DNA from: Diplonema japonicum
Lineage: Eukaryota; Protista; Euglenozoa: Diplonemea
Assembly: GCA_964019335.1 (NCBI GenBank)
Contig: OZ025649.1
Span: 124,001 to 188,000 of the forward strand
Length of the DNA: 64,000 bases
Reading direction: 5' to 3'
Shown: piece by piece, positions 10,934 to 22,002 of the stretch
Position numbering within the stretch: position 1 is the stretch's first letter
Layout of the letters: every line of letters begins with the position of its first letter
Program-made: the position numbers and the translations under genes
Notes under the pieces: generated by a model
What the model saw: the letters and a program-made list of their open reading frames with translations, nothing else
Databases searched by the model: none
Told to the model about the DNA's origin: nothing

Positions 10934-12953
10934 ATGTCTGGACTACATGCATGGGAGGACACCAGCCTTGCTGTGAGCCCCTCCCCAGCCAAGACACCCG
11001 GCAAGGGTGACAAAGAGGCGTCGTTGTTGTCGCAATATTTAGAGGCATCAACAGTGGTTCCGTCCCCAACACACCCTTGGGAGTCGCCGCTGAGCAGGGT
11101 CGACGACACAGAGCGGAGTGTCGATATGGACATGATGCAAAGGCTGGAGAACCTCAGCAAAGAAAACCACGAGCTGCGATTGAAACAAAATACTGACAAA
11201 GAAAAGGTGCGGTGTTTGCAAGATGACGTAGCCTACTTGAAGGATGAGGCCTCAAGGTTGAGGAAGGAACGCAACGAGCTCTCCGACAGGCTTAGGAACC
11301 AGTCAGGAAAGAAGGTGTGGCCCGCACACCCCACCGACCTCGAGGAAGACCTAAGCGACGCGCAGGCGGACGTCTCACGTCTACGAAGGGAGCGCGACGA
11401 CCTTGCCGACAAGCTGCGGAAAAACGACGGCAATAGCGATGTTCGCGAAGTGCTCAGAAAGAACATCCAAGAACTGCGCGAAGAGCACGAAGCGGCCCTC
11501 CGTGACCTGCGCAGCTCCTATGAAGACAGACTCATGAAAGTCAATGAAAAGACCTCTAAATTGTCAATGGAGAATGAAGAACTTGCCAAAGCCCTTGTAT
11601 GGCACTTATAACAACTTTTAATACAATTATTTAGGACCAAGCCAGCAGACAAGGGGACGCACACAGAACGAACGTCGCCCTCAAAAAGAGACTTGACGAA
11701 CTAACCGGACGTGTGGAGGACCAGGCAAAACTGTTGCAAGTATGCACTGCAAATTCTAGCACACACACCAACAGTCACCACGAAAGGAATCACCGAGCAA
11801 CGGTTATGGAAATTCATGGACTAAACCAGACATGGGTGCTACACGACAACCGCAGGCGAAGCAAGAGCCGCCATCTGCTGCATTTTCTCGCGCACTGCCG
11901 CCTTTGAAACCGGTTTTTGAAGAAAAAGCTCCTGGCACTCCCACCCAAAAACAGCCTTCAACAGAATTTAGTAATGTGCGGTCACCCAGCATCTACAATA
12001 ACAGATTAGAGTCCCCAAGAGGCCTGTCTTTAAGACGGCCTTCTCCTCAGCCCTTCCTACGAAAGAGTAGCATGGACCCAACAAGGCCTCACGACAGCCG
12101 CAACGACAACCTCGACAAAGCAGCAGCTTCTCCTGTGAAGTCTCCCTCGCGATCCATATCTCCACAACCAAATAGCTTGAAAGCTGAAGTTCAGCCGACA
12201 AAATCAGCTTGGCCTACGAATTTGATTGACTTACCCAGGACTTCTGTGCCTTCTCTCTCAGGAAGGACATCACCTTCTCCGTCGGGGCAACCTGTGTTGC
12301 ATGTTCCAAGAAGATCGGTCAGCAACGAAAGGAGAGCTCCCCGCCCACCAAGCAGGACAGCTTCGCCTGCTGAGTTCGACCCGCCACACTCCATGACGCC
12401 CGTATTTGAGAGTTCAGTCGGGAGGTCTGTTTCACCCGCTCCTATTGCAGAGGCGAGAGGTGCATCTGTGCAGAGACAAGACCCGACTCCCAAGAGATAC
12501 GAGGGGAGACGGTCCCCGCCACCTGTGTTCACGCCTAGTGATGAAATGAGAAGAGGTGCTAGAGTTGTAAGAAACCCTGCAGCGTGGAAATGGGAGGAGC
12601 AAGATGGCGGGCCTGGGAGTTTAGGCACCGCAATGGAGGTGGATGACGGGTGGGTGGTGGTGGCGTGGGATGTCACTGGAAAGAAGAACTGCTACCGTTG
12701 GGGGCACATGGGCATTTATGATGTTACTATCGTGTCGCCGCACGAGACGCCACGTGCTCCCAATTCCCCAAGGGCCATCAAGACAGCCTCACATGGGGTT
12801 AATCCTGCCCTTGGTGCGCGCCTTAGTCCAAGGCCTCAAGCTCATTCATCTTCAAATTACGCAAAGTCCCCCCACCCAGGCGGGTCGCCTAAGTCCAACG
12901 TAAGCCCTCCTCGAAGCCGACGCGGCGACGTCCCTTCCTTCTCTTCCTCGTAG
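10934..12953 (+). CDS. Coiled-coil, Ser/Pro-rich protein with MIB/HERC2 domain, 3 exons
   Basis: Introns 11597-11634 and 11740-11774. GARVVRNPAAWKWEEQDGGPGSLGT...VAWD..GKKNCYRWG..GIYDV is the MIB/HERC2 signature. Confidence 0.8.
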
Positions 12954-13063
12954 CACCACCTACCCTTACCCTTGTATGAGTGTACGTTGTCTCTCTTAGT
13001 GCACTGTTGTATTTCTTTGGTTGCATTCTTCTCTTTAAAATTTAACAAAACAAAGGATGCCAC

Positions 13064-16000
13064 ATGTCAAGAAGTATGGCAGACGAGCTTGTCAGAGCAG
13101 TGAATCTGGCGACAGGCCTTGTGAGTGAGCCGATTAGAGGATTGGGCAATGACTCACTACAGTTGCTTACGAGAAACTTTGCGATAGATCTGCTACAAAG
13201 GCTCAACATGGATCCTCATGTGATGGCAGGGGTGTTCCTGGCCCACGCAAGGGAGCGGCGTGGCCCCGCCCTTCCAGACGACAAGTTGTATGTGACAGAA
13301 ATAGAACTTGAGGAGTTATGTCGGAACATGATGATCAACAGTGTGGGGAGGAAACTAGTTGCGAGGAGCGAGCGGATGAGCATCCCATCCTTACTCAACT
13401 TGAACAACAATGTGAAGAATTTATTCCAAGCCATCGACGTTGCAGAGACGGGAACCTTAACCTGGGACCAGCTTCTGTGCTTTTTGATAGAAGCCACAAT
13501 GAAAGGGAGGGTAGGATGCTACTCCGATATACACAGCTACAACATCACTGACATGCACACTGTGAACGAAGTGACAATGGGGCGCATGACTTACGTGCAC
13601 GAGGTTCAAAAGGTTATGGTTGGATGCGATGGTGGTGTGCGTCTAACCGATCCGAAGAACCCTCTCAAATATGAATGGGTCCCTGTTCCTGGGAAGCTGC
13701 TCTGCTGTGCGTGTATCCCAGAGTATAGGATGCTGGCATCCGCCAGTCCCGATCTGACGATACGCTTTGTGGATATGAAATCGAAGAAGGTGAAGGCTAG
13801 CATTAGGTGTGACGAATCGCAGGTATCGATGGCATGGTCGAAGCGTTCGAAGACTCTGCTTACAGCCAGCAGGTCCGGTACAATCGCTTCATGGTCTTTG
13901 AAGTTCACGCGGGATGGTGAACGGGACGTGCCTGCAGACATGGAGGCTATCGATAACCCAAACGTTACAATACACCCGTACCTCTTCATGAAGACGCAGC
14001 CGCACGAGTCGCCTGTGCAAGACATCATGGTCCTCCCATTGAACGGCCGTATTGTATCCGCGTCACTAGACCCCAAGCTGATCATACAGGACCCATCCAG
14101 AGGTGACGTTATCGTTTCCTTCGGCGGCCACAAGGCAGGGCTGCTCTCAGTGGGCTTCAGCAAAGACAACGGGCTCCTCCTTGCTGGCGGCTTTCAACGT
14201 GAGGTCATGGCATGGCCTGTTTCCTCAGGACGGCACCACCCGCTGACTCTCCTCGACAAGCTGTCACCTCATGTGCACCCAGTCATCAACATACATGCAG
14301 TCGACGGGACTGCTCAAGTCATTTCCTTTGACACCAGCGGGATGGTGAAGGTGTGGGACATTCGGACCCTGAAGACCATGCAGACCATTCAAAGCAAAGA
14401 TGCTGGGACGTTCAGGGACGCCTTCCAGTCCATGGCTTTTATACCCGAGGAGAGAAAGGTCATTATCAATACAAAGAAACAATTCGTCTTTTGCAACTAC
14501 TGCCACAACACTGATAACGTGCGTAACACTGCTGATGGTACGGCAATAGCTGCAACGTGTTACTTTCCCGAGTCACAGCTCATCATGACAGCAGCAGCAA
14601 GAAGGATCAGACTGTGGAACCTGAGCAAGGGCATGCTCTGTACGGCGTACGAAGACGTCTTAACAGAGACAGACAGTGTGTCCGCTGCTGCAGTCGATGC
14701 GAACAGCAGCATGTTATACCTTGGCACGCACAAAGGGTACATTAAGATGCTTACAACATGCAATGGGGCTCTTCTCGCCACCATATCTGCTTGCGCTAGT
14801 GAAGAGATTCACTACTTAAAGCTCCTAAGCTCCAAACCTTCTAGCAAGTACCTCATCGGTACTGGCTGGGGGGGCAGTGTTTTTGTGTTTTCACTTAAAA
14901 ACGGAGAGATGAAAAAAGAGCCGATTGAAGACAGAGTCTTCTATAAGGAGATGGCAGACGCAAAAGCAGCGGCCTTTTCTGAGTCCCTGATGTTAATAGC
15001 GTTAGGTAGGAAGGGGACAGTCTCGCTGTGGAAAGCAAGCACTAGACACGATGAGTTTTCGTCCGTGAACCTGCATACTATCCACACGGGCTCGACGGCT
15101 TCCGTGACTTGCATCACAATGGCGCCGGTGCTTAACTTGATTTTTGTGGGCGCAGGGCAGTGCACCCTGCAGGCTTATTATTACGATTTCAGCAGTGAGC
15201 AGAGCCCGATACACCTGGTGACGGAGTGGGAGGTGACCAAGGTGCATTTATCATTGTCGGGAGTCGAGTGTGACTCTGTGACCCACATGGTGTACATTTC
15301 AGACGAGCTGGGGTGGATCCACCCCTATTATGTGGGCATGTTAAGCGATTACTTAAGCAGCACCTCATGGGTGAATCACACTGCCCAGTTCGATATGACT
15401 ACTGTAGTGCCCCCTGTCCATGCCCACCCCGACGGTGTACTTTCTGTAGTAGTTGTGAGCGATCCTTATAGTGTAGTTATCAGCACCGGACACGACACAT
15501 GCGTTCGTTTGTGGACGCCTTACATGCAACCTGTAGGCTTCCTGGACCCGTATAAGGCTGGCGGTGGGTACGCGATCTCTGAATACTTGCTTTCCAGCAA
15601 GGATAATAACGTAGATATCGGAGGGTTTCACACAGAGCCACAATGGGTTCCTAAACAAAAGACGGAAATCAAAAGTCCTAAGGGGCTTAACAAAGACCTG
15701 CTTTCCATGCTTCCTGATGATGTGATTGGGTTTCTAGAGGAGCAGGAGGGGATGGAGAAAACGAAGAGTAAGTCTGCCAAGGCTGTCACGGTGCGAAGCT
15801 CTGCAAAAGAAGCGAGGTACATCCCAAAGAAGCCGATGCCGAGACGACGGCAGCAGTTCCCTGCGATACACGATGGGCTAGCACTGGAGATGAGATGCTT
15901 CGATAGAGCCGACCAGTGCCTTCGGAGCTATGCTATGCCGACTAAGGCAGACAGGTTAGGCGAGCTGCAGGCGTGTACTGAAGGGATGTCCCTATATGAT

Positions 16001-16345
16001 GTTGTGCTGAAATCGTGCATTGACAGGAACTCAAAAAATGACACAATCCTCAGCAGGACCATGCGGAAGGACAGGCTGCTGAGGGAACAATGCCGGCTGC
16101 ATATCGAGGCAAAGCACCGTCAGCACAAAAAGCAACAGGACCAACCGCCACCCTTGGACAACAACTCTATTTACGCCACATGGAACATGTTGCAGCAGTC
16201 TTCAAACCTCCTGTCGCCCAGGGTCGCGATCACACCACCCCCGGCGCTCCCTGATGTACCCGATGTTCTTGAGTTATCGCCCAGACCCGTCACGACCTTC
16301 CCCTGTTTGTTCCGCAAGAACCCACTTCAATTCAAGATGCAATGA
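13064..16345 (+). CDS. EF-hand + WD40-repeat protein (WDR49-like, possibly flagellar)
   Basis: 1093 aa ORF with LFQAIDVAETGTLTWDQL EF-hand-like motif, then WD repeats (GMVKVWDIR, RIRLWNL, DTCVRLWT). Confidence 0.8.
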   Translation: MSRSMADELVRAVNLATGLVSEPIRGLGNDSLQLLTRNFAIDLLQRLNMDPHVMAGVFLAHARERRGPALPDDKLYVTEIELEELCRNMMINSVGRKLVARSERMSIPSLLNLNNNVKNLFQAIDVAETGTLTWDQLLCFLIEATMKGRVGCYSDIHSYNITDMHTVNEVTMGRMTYVHEVQKVMVGCDGGVRLTDPKNPLKYEWVPVPGKLLCCACIPEYRMLASASPDLTIRFVDMKSKKVKASIRCDESQVSMAWSKRSKTLLTASRSGTIASWSLKFTRDGERDVPADMEAIDNPNVTIHPYLFMKTQPHESPVQDIMVLPLNGRIVSASLDPKLIIQDPSRGDVIVSFGGHKAGLLSVGFSKDNGLLLAGGFQREVMAWPVSSGRHHPLTLLDKLSPHVHPVINIHAVDGTAQVISFDTSGMVKVWDIRTLKTMQTIQSKDAGTFRDAFQSMAFIPEERKVIINTKKQFVFCNYCHNTDNVRNTADGTAIAATCYFPESQLIMTAAARRIRLWNLSKGMLCTAYEDVLTETDSVSAAAVDANSSMLYLGTHKGYIKMLTTCNGALLATISACASEEIHYLKLLSSKPSSKYLIGTGWGGSVFVFSLKNGEMKKEPIEDRVFYKEMADAKAAAFSESLMLIALGRKGTVSLWKASTRHDEFSSVNLHTIHTGSTASVTCITMAPVLNLIFVGAGQCTLQAYYYDFSSEQSPIHLVTEWEVTKVHLSLSGVECDSVTHMVYISDELGWIHPYYVGMLSDYLSSTSWVNHTAQFDMTTVVPPVHAHPDGVLSVVVVSDPYSVVISTGHDTCVRLWTPYMQPVGFLDPYKAGGGYAISEYLLSSKDNNVDIGGFHTEPQWVPKQKTEIKSPKGLNKDLLSMLPDDVIGFLEEQEGMEKTKSKSAKAVTVRSSAKEARYIPKKPMPRRRQQFPAIHDGLALEMRCFDRADQCLRSYAMPTKADRLGELQACTEGMSLYDVVLKSCIDRNSKNDTILSRTMRKDRLLREQCRLHIEAKHRQHKKQQDQPPPLDNNSIYATWNMLQQSSNLLSPRVAITPPPALPDVPDVLELSPRPVTTFPCLFRKNPLQFKMQ

Positions 16346-16439
16346 CCTTGCTGTGCTTACATTTTTTCTTTCTTTCTCCCGCTCTTTGCCCACTTTATCT
16401 GCTCTTGCAACAGAGCACATCACAGGTGCAAAAACAACA

Positions 16440-17270
16440 ATGGGTTGCTGCTCGAGCTCCACGCCTAACAAGTCCGACAACAAGGACAGAATGAAGCATG
16501 CCCCGAAGGTGGCGTCACAGCCGCAGGTATAGATGAACTAACCAATTGTTATTAATATCTCAGGCTGGGATGCCAATGGGGATGACTCCCGAGCAGAGGA
16601 TGCAGGCGATGAGGGACTTTGTGACCGTGAGCGAGAAAAAGGCGGAGGAGATACTGAACATGAGCAGCAAGACTCCTGAAGAGATTATGAAGTCTCTGAC
16701 ATCGATACAGGACCTATTGGTGTGATTTTTTTTGGGGGGATGACATAAACACATTTCACTTGCGCAGAGAGTTATCAGGGACGAGGCCCGCTTTGAGGCG
16801 ACAGGGAAGCTGGAGGCTGTGTTCAATGCGTTCGACGATCAGCCGGCTGACGGGAAGCTATCGATTTTGGAATCTAACGCCTTCATAAGAGCGTACTTCG
16901 AGTGCATGGAGAACTTTATTGCGAAGCTGTACAGAGTTGGGGTATGTTGTGGTGACTAAACTAATAACAAAACACTCGCAGCTGGAGCTCGTGGAACCTG
17001 AGAACAAATCCAAGCACGCTGACAGCACGAGAAGAGTCGTCGACCTCTTCAAGAACAAGAGGGAGGAACTGATCCAAATGTGGCATGAGAACTGCGACAG
17101 GAACAGAGACGGCCAGCTGCAGCTCCTGGAGGTATGCACAGCACACTTTAACTACATACTTGCAGGTGAAAGAGGCCTTCCTCGGCAACGGCGCGGGCGA
17201 CGCGGAGAAAAAGCTTGCAGTTTTCCTTGACCAAGAACTGCACGAGCTCCTGTTCACTGAACAAGTCTAA
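16440..17270 (+). CDS. Small, probably dually acylated (MGCC) EF-hand protein, 5 exons
   Basis: Starts MGCCSSS. Introns 16527-16563, 16720-16767, 16942-16981 and 17132-17165. EF loops DDQPADGKLSILE and DRNRDGQLQLLE. Confidence 0.75.
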
Positions 17271-17611
17271 ACATCAAAGAGCTCCCACTCAGGCAACAGT
17301 ATCATAAATCCAGACAACGTAAGGAGTCTCCTCCCAGAGCACTGTGATGTGATATACAATGAAGTGTTGGCGGGTTCATGTTTGCTCTTTACTTGCACTA
17401 CGTCATTACATGCCTATGCCCTCTACTTTGCGGCCCTGAAGAGGAACGTAAGCTTCGTCTCACGCACACCGCTGCTGGTATCGCGGGCGCCCATTGTATT
17501 TGACGTACCCAATAAACCCCTCCACCCCTCTGTACCGCCCCACGTTTCTGTTGTAGCGCACCCTGCCGCACTACCATCACTTAAGCACACACACACACAC
17601 ACACAACTAAC

Positions 17612-20600
17612 ATGAAGACGAGATTTTTCTGGTCTTGTCTGTGTCCACAGCCGAAGCCTCATGAGTCTGAATCGGAAGAGGAAGAAGAGGGAGAGTGTCC
17701 TTTGAAGTCGCTGTCGTATGAAGTGAGCGTAGAGGGATGGGTAGCACAAGTGAAGGTGGAGCAGGAATACAAGAATGAAGAAGAGAAGAGTGTGGAGGGG
17801 GTATATGAGTTTCCATGTGACCCCAAAGCAGCTATTACAGATGTGGTGATGAAGATAGGTAACAGAGTAGTGAAGAGCCAGGTGATGGAGTCTGGTGATG
17901 CAAGGGATACCTACGAAGACGGGATCGCCATGGGGTCTAAGGCATTGCTTGTGGAACGGAAGAAGAACAAAGACGACGTGTACAGGATCACTGTGGGGGC
18001 CATTCCTTCGAATGAGAAGGTCACTGTTGCACTTACGTATACCGTAGAGCTCAAGATGTTGCCGTCCAGGGAGGGTGAGCTCATCATACCTTTGACGACG
18101 ATGCCTCGCTACGGTGAGCCTGCTAAAAAGGGCGAGGCCCCTCTTCCTCCCAGGACAAGACGGAGCCAGCAGCCGTACACCGCAGTCATCCGTTGCAGCG
18201 CACTCGATTCTAGCGTCGCAGGTTTCTACTCTCCTTCCCACGACGTGTCTGACCTCACTGTCCCTCAAGAGTTCACGCCCGATCGCGATGTCGCCATTTG
18301 CATCAAAAACGTTGATGACGGCCCCATCCGCGTCACGGCTTCCACCGATACTACAGTACCAGGGGACATGCATCACGCCTTGGCTATCCCTATCAAGCCT
18401 AAGTACCCCTCGGAAGAGGCCAAGAAATCTTTCAGAAGAACACCGAACACAGAGGTTGTCATCCTCCTGGATTGCTCGGGCTCCATGTCGGGGGAACCTA
18501 TTAACTCGTGCGAGAGGGTAGCAAGATTCTTCATACAGTCTTTGCCTGCTGGGTGCCTCTTCAACATTGTAAAATTCGGAACCACCTTCAATACTCTCTT
18601 CGAGTCACCCATGCCTCTCCAGGCCGATACGCTGCTGAAAGCAAAGGAATACGTCAATGGCTTGAAGGCAGACTTGCGAGGGACCAATCTGCTGAGCCCG
18701 CTGAAGGCGTTATATGGGAAGTCGCCAAGGGCAGGCTGTTCGAGACAGTTTCTTGTCATCACCGATGGAGCTGTAAAAAACACTTCGGAGGTGTTGAAGC
18801 TTGCAGCATTGAAAACAAGGAGCACAAGGGTATTTAGTGTGGGGCTGGGCTCGGCTTGCTCGAAGATGCTAGTGGAGGGGCTTGCGAGATTTGGCAATGG
18901 GACAGCCACGTATGTCAGCGACACGGCAGGAATGACGTCGGCCATCATGAAGGTCGTGAAGCAGATGACACGCCCTGCAATTACCGACTGCAGCCTGAAG
19001 TCTACCGTCCTTGGGTTCAAATTGACGACGAAAACAGTCCCACCAGTCTTCTATGACACATCCCTCATTGCCTATGGCTTCGCCCCAGCAGAGTGGTCAC
19101 CCTCGCTGCTTGCAGGCGCCGCTAGCACTCCCCAGAAAATTGTTATCGAAGGAGAGAAAAGATCTTGCCTCCTTGAAGCGGAAGATGGCTTTTTGACCCT
19201 CTCTCAAGGCGACACCCAAAGCATCCTTAACACCACATGTCCTGTTCTGCTTGACGAGAAAGCAGGAAAAGTGAAGTTCACCACCACAGCGGACAAGACG
19301 ATCGTGGTAAAAAGCCCCAAAGAAACGCTGTATGAGATTGCGCTGCTGCTTAATAGGTACGGTGTGAAAAACACTTTGTTGCAGGATGTTACTGTTGGTG
19401 CACACAAGTTCAGCCTTGGCCTGGAAAAGGGTGCTGTTCGCTTATTCGTCTCAAGGTCAAAGGCCAGGGCGCCTTCAGTCATCAAAAGCATCGAATGCGA
19501 CAGGAAGAAGATGCAGCTTAGCCTGTTACCAGATGCAACTGTAAAGACACCCATTGTCGTCAAGGTAACTGATGAGGCGCTCCTCCTAACGCTGGGAGAC
19601 TTGGCAGACGCTGCTTTTATCCCACACAGCTTGCCGTCCACGAATGGCGCCATAATAAACTTTGTATACAACTCCGACGGGCACCACAGGGTGACCCCCT
19701 GCTTGGGGGGCAGCGGGAAGGGAGCCTCACATGTTCACAAAATGGCAAGCTTCAAACTAATCAAACAGCTCGAGGATGCGGAACTACTGGAAGACGACAC
19801 CCAAAACAAAAAGCAGCTGATCGAAACCTCGATTGCCTCGGGCATCCCTTGCAAATACACGTCTTGTGTTGCTGTCGACGAGGATGGCGACGCCGACGCT
19901 GCACAGGGTGCCATGGCGACACGCCGGGTGCCGATCAGCGAGCCTGCTGGTTGGGCGAATGAAAGATCTACATTTAAATTCGGGGCCAAACAGAAAAAGA
20001 AGATGTCAAAGGGCACGCGAGGGGCTATGCGAGTCAGCTCAGTCCTTATGGCTAAAACAGCAGTGCCTACAATGCTTTCAACCCGGGCAATGTCGATGAG
20101 CAGTCCGCCAGTGTCGATGCCACAAAGCAGATTGTCAATGCAGATGCAACAAGACTTGTTTTCCATTGATGATACAATGGCTGCGATGCCCCGTTCGAGA
20201 AACAGAAGAAAACGCAGCAGCACTGAGTCGTCTCCAGAACGTAGAGAGCGAGATAAGCGCAGAGGTAAAGGTTGCGCAATTGAACAGCAGATCCGAAAGA
20301 AGGATATGGAATGCGTTGATGTGATGTCAAGTGAGTGTGAAGAAGATGAGGCCCTGCAACTTGACGCATTATCAATACCCGCCACGACTTCGATTGTAGA
20401 ACAGCGAGTGAAGCAAGGGTTGGACGAGATCTTGTACATGCAAGCCTTTGACGGGTCGTGGGCGGTGTCAGAGATGCTGGTTCAGCTTATCAACACCACT
20501 ACAGAAGATGTCAAAGCAGAGGCCTCTGCACGTTCCTTACCCACTGTCGTGTGGATGACCGTACTTGTGATGCAGTACCTCATGCGCAACTTTTTCGAAC

Positions 20601-20692
20601 ACAAAGACGAGTGGTGCCTCATCTATGACAAGGCAGAGAACTACATTCGCGATGCTGGGCACGGTGACACTCTTGACACTATCGCTGCCTAG
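17612..20692 (+). CDS. VIT + von Willebrand A domain protein (VWA5A-like)
   Basis: VIT domain (AQVKVEQEYKNEEEKSVEGVYEFP), MIDAS motif DCSGSM, ITDG, and C-terminal QAFDGSW...WMTVLV motif. Confidence 0.88.
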   Translation: MKTRFFWSCLCPQPKPHESESEEEEEGECPLKSLSYEVSVEGWVAQVKVEQEYKNEEEKSVEGVYEFPCDPKAAITDVVMKIGNRVVKSQVMESGDARDTYEDGIAMGSKALLVERKKNKDDVYRITVGAIPSNEKVTVALTYTVELKMLPSREGELIIPLTTMPRYGEPAKKGEAPLPPRTRRSQQPYTAVIRCSALDSSVAGFYSPSHDVSDLTVPQEFTPDRDVAICIKNVDDGPIRVTASTDTTVPGDMHHALAIPIKPKYPSEEAKKSFRRTPNTEVVILLDCSGSMSGEPINSCERVARFFIQSLPAGCLFNIVKFGTTFNTLFESPMPLQADTLLKAKEYVNGLKADLRGTNLLSPLKALYGKSPRAGCSRQFLVITDGAVKNTSEVLKLAALKTRSTRVFSVGLGSACSKMLVEGLARFGNGTATYVSDTAGMTSAIMKVVKQMTRPAITDCSLKSTVLGFKLTTKTVPPVFYDTSLIAYGFAPAEWSPSLLAGAASTPQKIVIEGEKRSCLLEAEDGFLTLSQGDTQSILNTTCPVLLDEKAGKVKFTTTADKTIVVKSPKETLYEIALLLNRYGVKNTLLQDVTVGAHKFSLGLEKGAVRLFVSRSKARAPSVIKSIECDRKKMQLSLLPDATVKTPIVVKVTDEALLLTLGDLADAAFIPHSLPSTNGAIINFVYNSDGHHRVTPCLGGSGKGASHVHKMASFKLIKQLEDAELLEDDTQNKKQLIETSIASGIPCKYTSCVAVDEDGDADAAQGAMATRRVPISEPAGWANERSTFKFGAKQKKKMSKGTRGAMRVSSVLMAKTAVPTMLSTRAMSMSSPPVSMPQSRLSMQMQQDLFSIDDTMAAMPRSRNRRKRSSTESSPERRERDKRRGKGCAIEQQIRKKDMECVDVMSSECEEDEALQLDALSIPATTSIVEQRVKQGLDEILYMQAFDGSWAVSEMLVQLINTTTEDVKAEASARSLPTVVWMTVLVMQYLMRNFFEHKDEWCLIYDKAENYIRDAGHGDTLDTIAA

Positions 20693-21188
20693 TAGCACAA
20701 AAGGAAAGCAAAAACAAAAAAAGAATGAAAAAGACCCTAGCCTCCGAAAATCAACGAGTGCCCCCCCCTCTCAACACCCCCTTGCCTTATTCTTGATGAT
20801 TTTCCCGCTTTCCCCCTTTCTTTTATTTATTTTCTCTGCTCTTTTCTAATTACCTTTTTCTTTCCTTCGCCTCTTTCATTTGCATGATTTCTTACGCTTC
20901 GGATTCCGTTAAGTGACCCGGCCTTTGTCCATAGTGGTTTCTTCCACACAGTTTTTGCAGAAAACCCAAATGTCGCACATTGACCGACGCAAATAAATCC
21001 ATTCCAGCCCTAGAAAAAGCAATTGTAATTTTTTTTAGCCCGTTATTTTGCGATTTCTGTTGGGTCACTTAACGGATCCAGAGCGTTATTTTATTTTTTA
21101 TTCTTGTTCTTTTCCAAATTTCACGGTGTGTATTTACACAGAAGAGGGGGGGAAAGAGAAGAAAAAAGAAGGGGAACAAACCAAAAAC

Positions 21189-21785
21189 ATGCCCGGCAAG
21201 AGAGCGAAAAAGGAAATGACCCCAGAAGAGAAAGCTGCTTATTATAAAAAACAAGCCGCAAAGAAGCGAGATAAGGAAAAGGAAGAGAAAAAAAGCGGCA
21301 AGAAGGAAGTGGTAGGTGATGCGGACGAGAGAAGGAGGGTAGAGGAGAGAATATTAAAAAAGAAGCTTGGGGAGGAAGGGAGAGTGGTGGTAGACGTGGC
21401 AGGGGATGGGGACTGCCTGTTTTCTGCGGTAGGGTTGCAGTTGGGAGAAACGGGCAGAGGTGACTATGACGCAAAGGTGCTGCGCAAGATGACAGCAGAG
21501 CACATCAAGTCGAATAGAGAAATCTTTTCAGGCTTCATAGACGAGACTACCCCTTTTGATACGTACTGCAACACCCTCACCACTCCTCAGCACTGGGGTG
21601 GTGACATAGAACTCCTTGCCCTTTCTGCCATCTTTTCCACCCCTATCCACGTCCTGCAAGCTGTCGGAGCCAATCAAACCTTCGGCGCACCGGGGCCTCA
21701 CCCTTCCCTGTGCCTCGTCTACCACCGCCATCTCCATGTCCTCTCCGCGCACTACAGCTCAGCATCTCTGAAACCTAAAAGTTAA
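21189..21785 (+). CDS. OTU-domain deubiquitinase (OTUD6/OTU2-like)
   Basis: Motifs VAGDGDCLFSAV, HWGGDIELLALS and AHYSS. Confidence 0.88.
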   Translation: MPGKRAKKEMTPEEKAAYYKKQAAKKRDKEKEEKKSGKKEVVGDADERRRVEERILKKKLGEEGRVVVDVAGDGDCLFSAVGLQLGETGRGDYDAKVLRKMTAEHIKSNREIFSGFIDETTPFDTYCNTLTTPQHWGGDIELLALSAIFSTPIHVLQAVGANQTFGAPGPHPSLCLVYHRHLHVLSAHYSSASLKPKS

Positions 21786-22002
21786 GTCCCACTTTCTTCT
21801 TTGGCACCTCTTTTAGAAGAGGTCTTGTTTTCTATTCATGGAGATATAAAGAAGCTACAGCTCGGCCGAGGTGCGTCAGTGCTTGTGCAGGGCGCCACCA
21901 ACACTGGCCTCCTTTATCTCTTATATAATTCTTCTTTGTTTTCACTTCGCGACTCGACAACGACCGTCGGCACGAGGTACTTCTCAGGGGGTTGAAGAGA
22001 AA

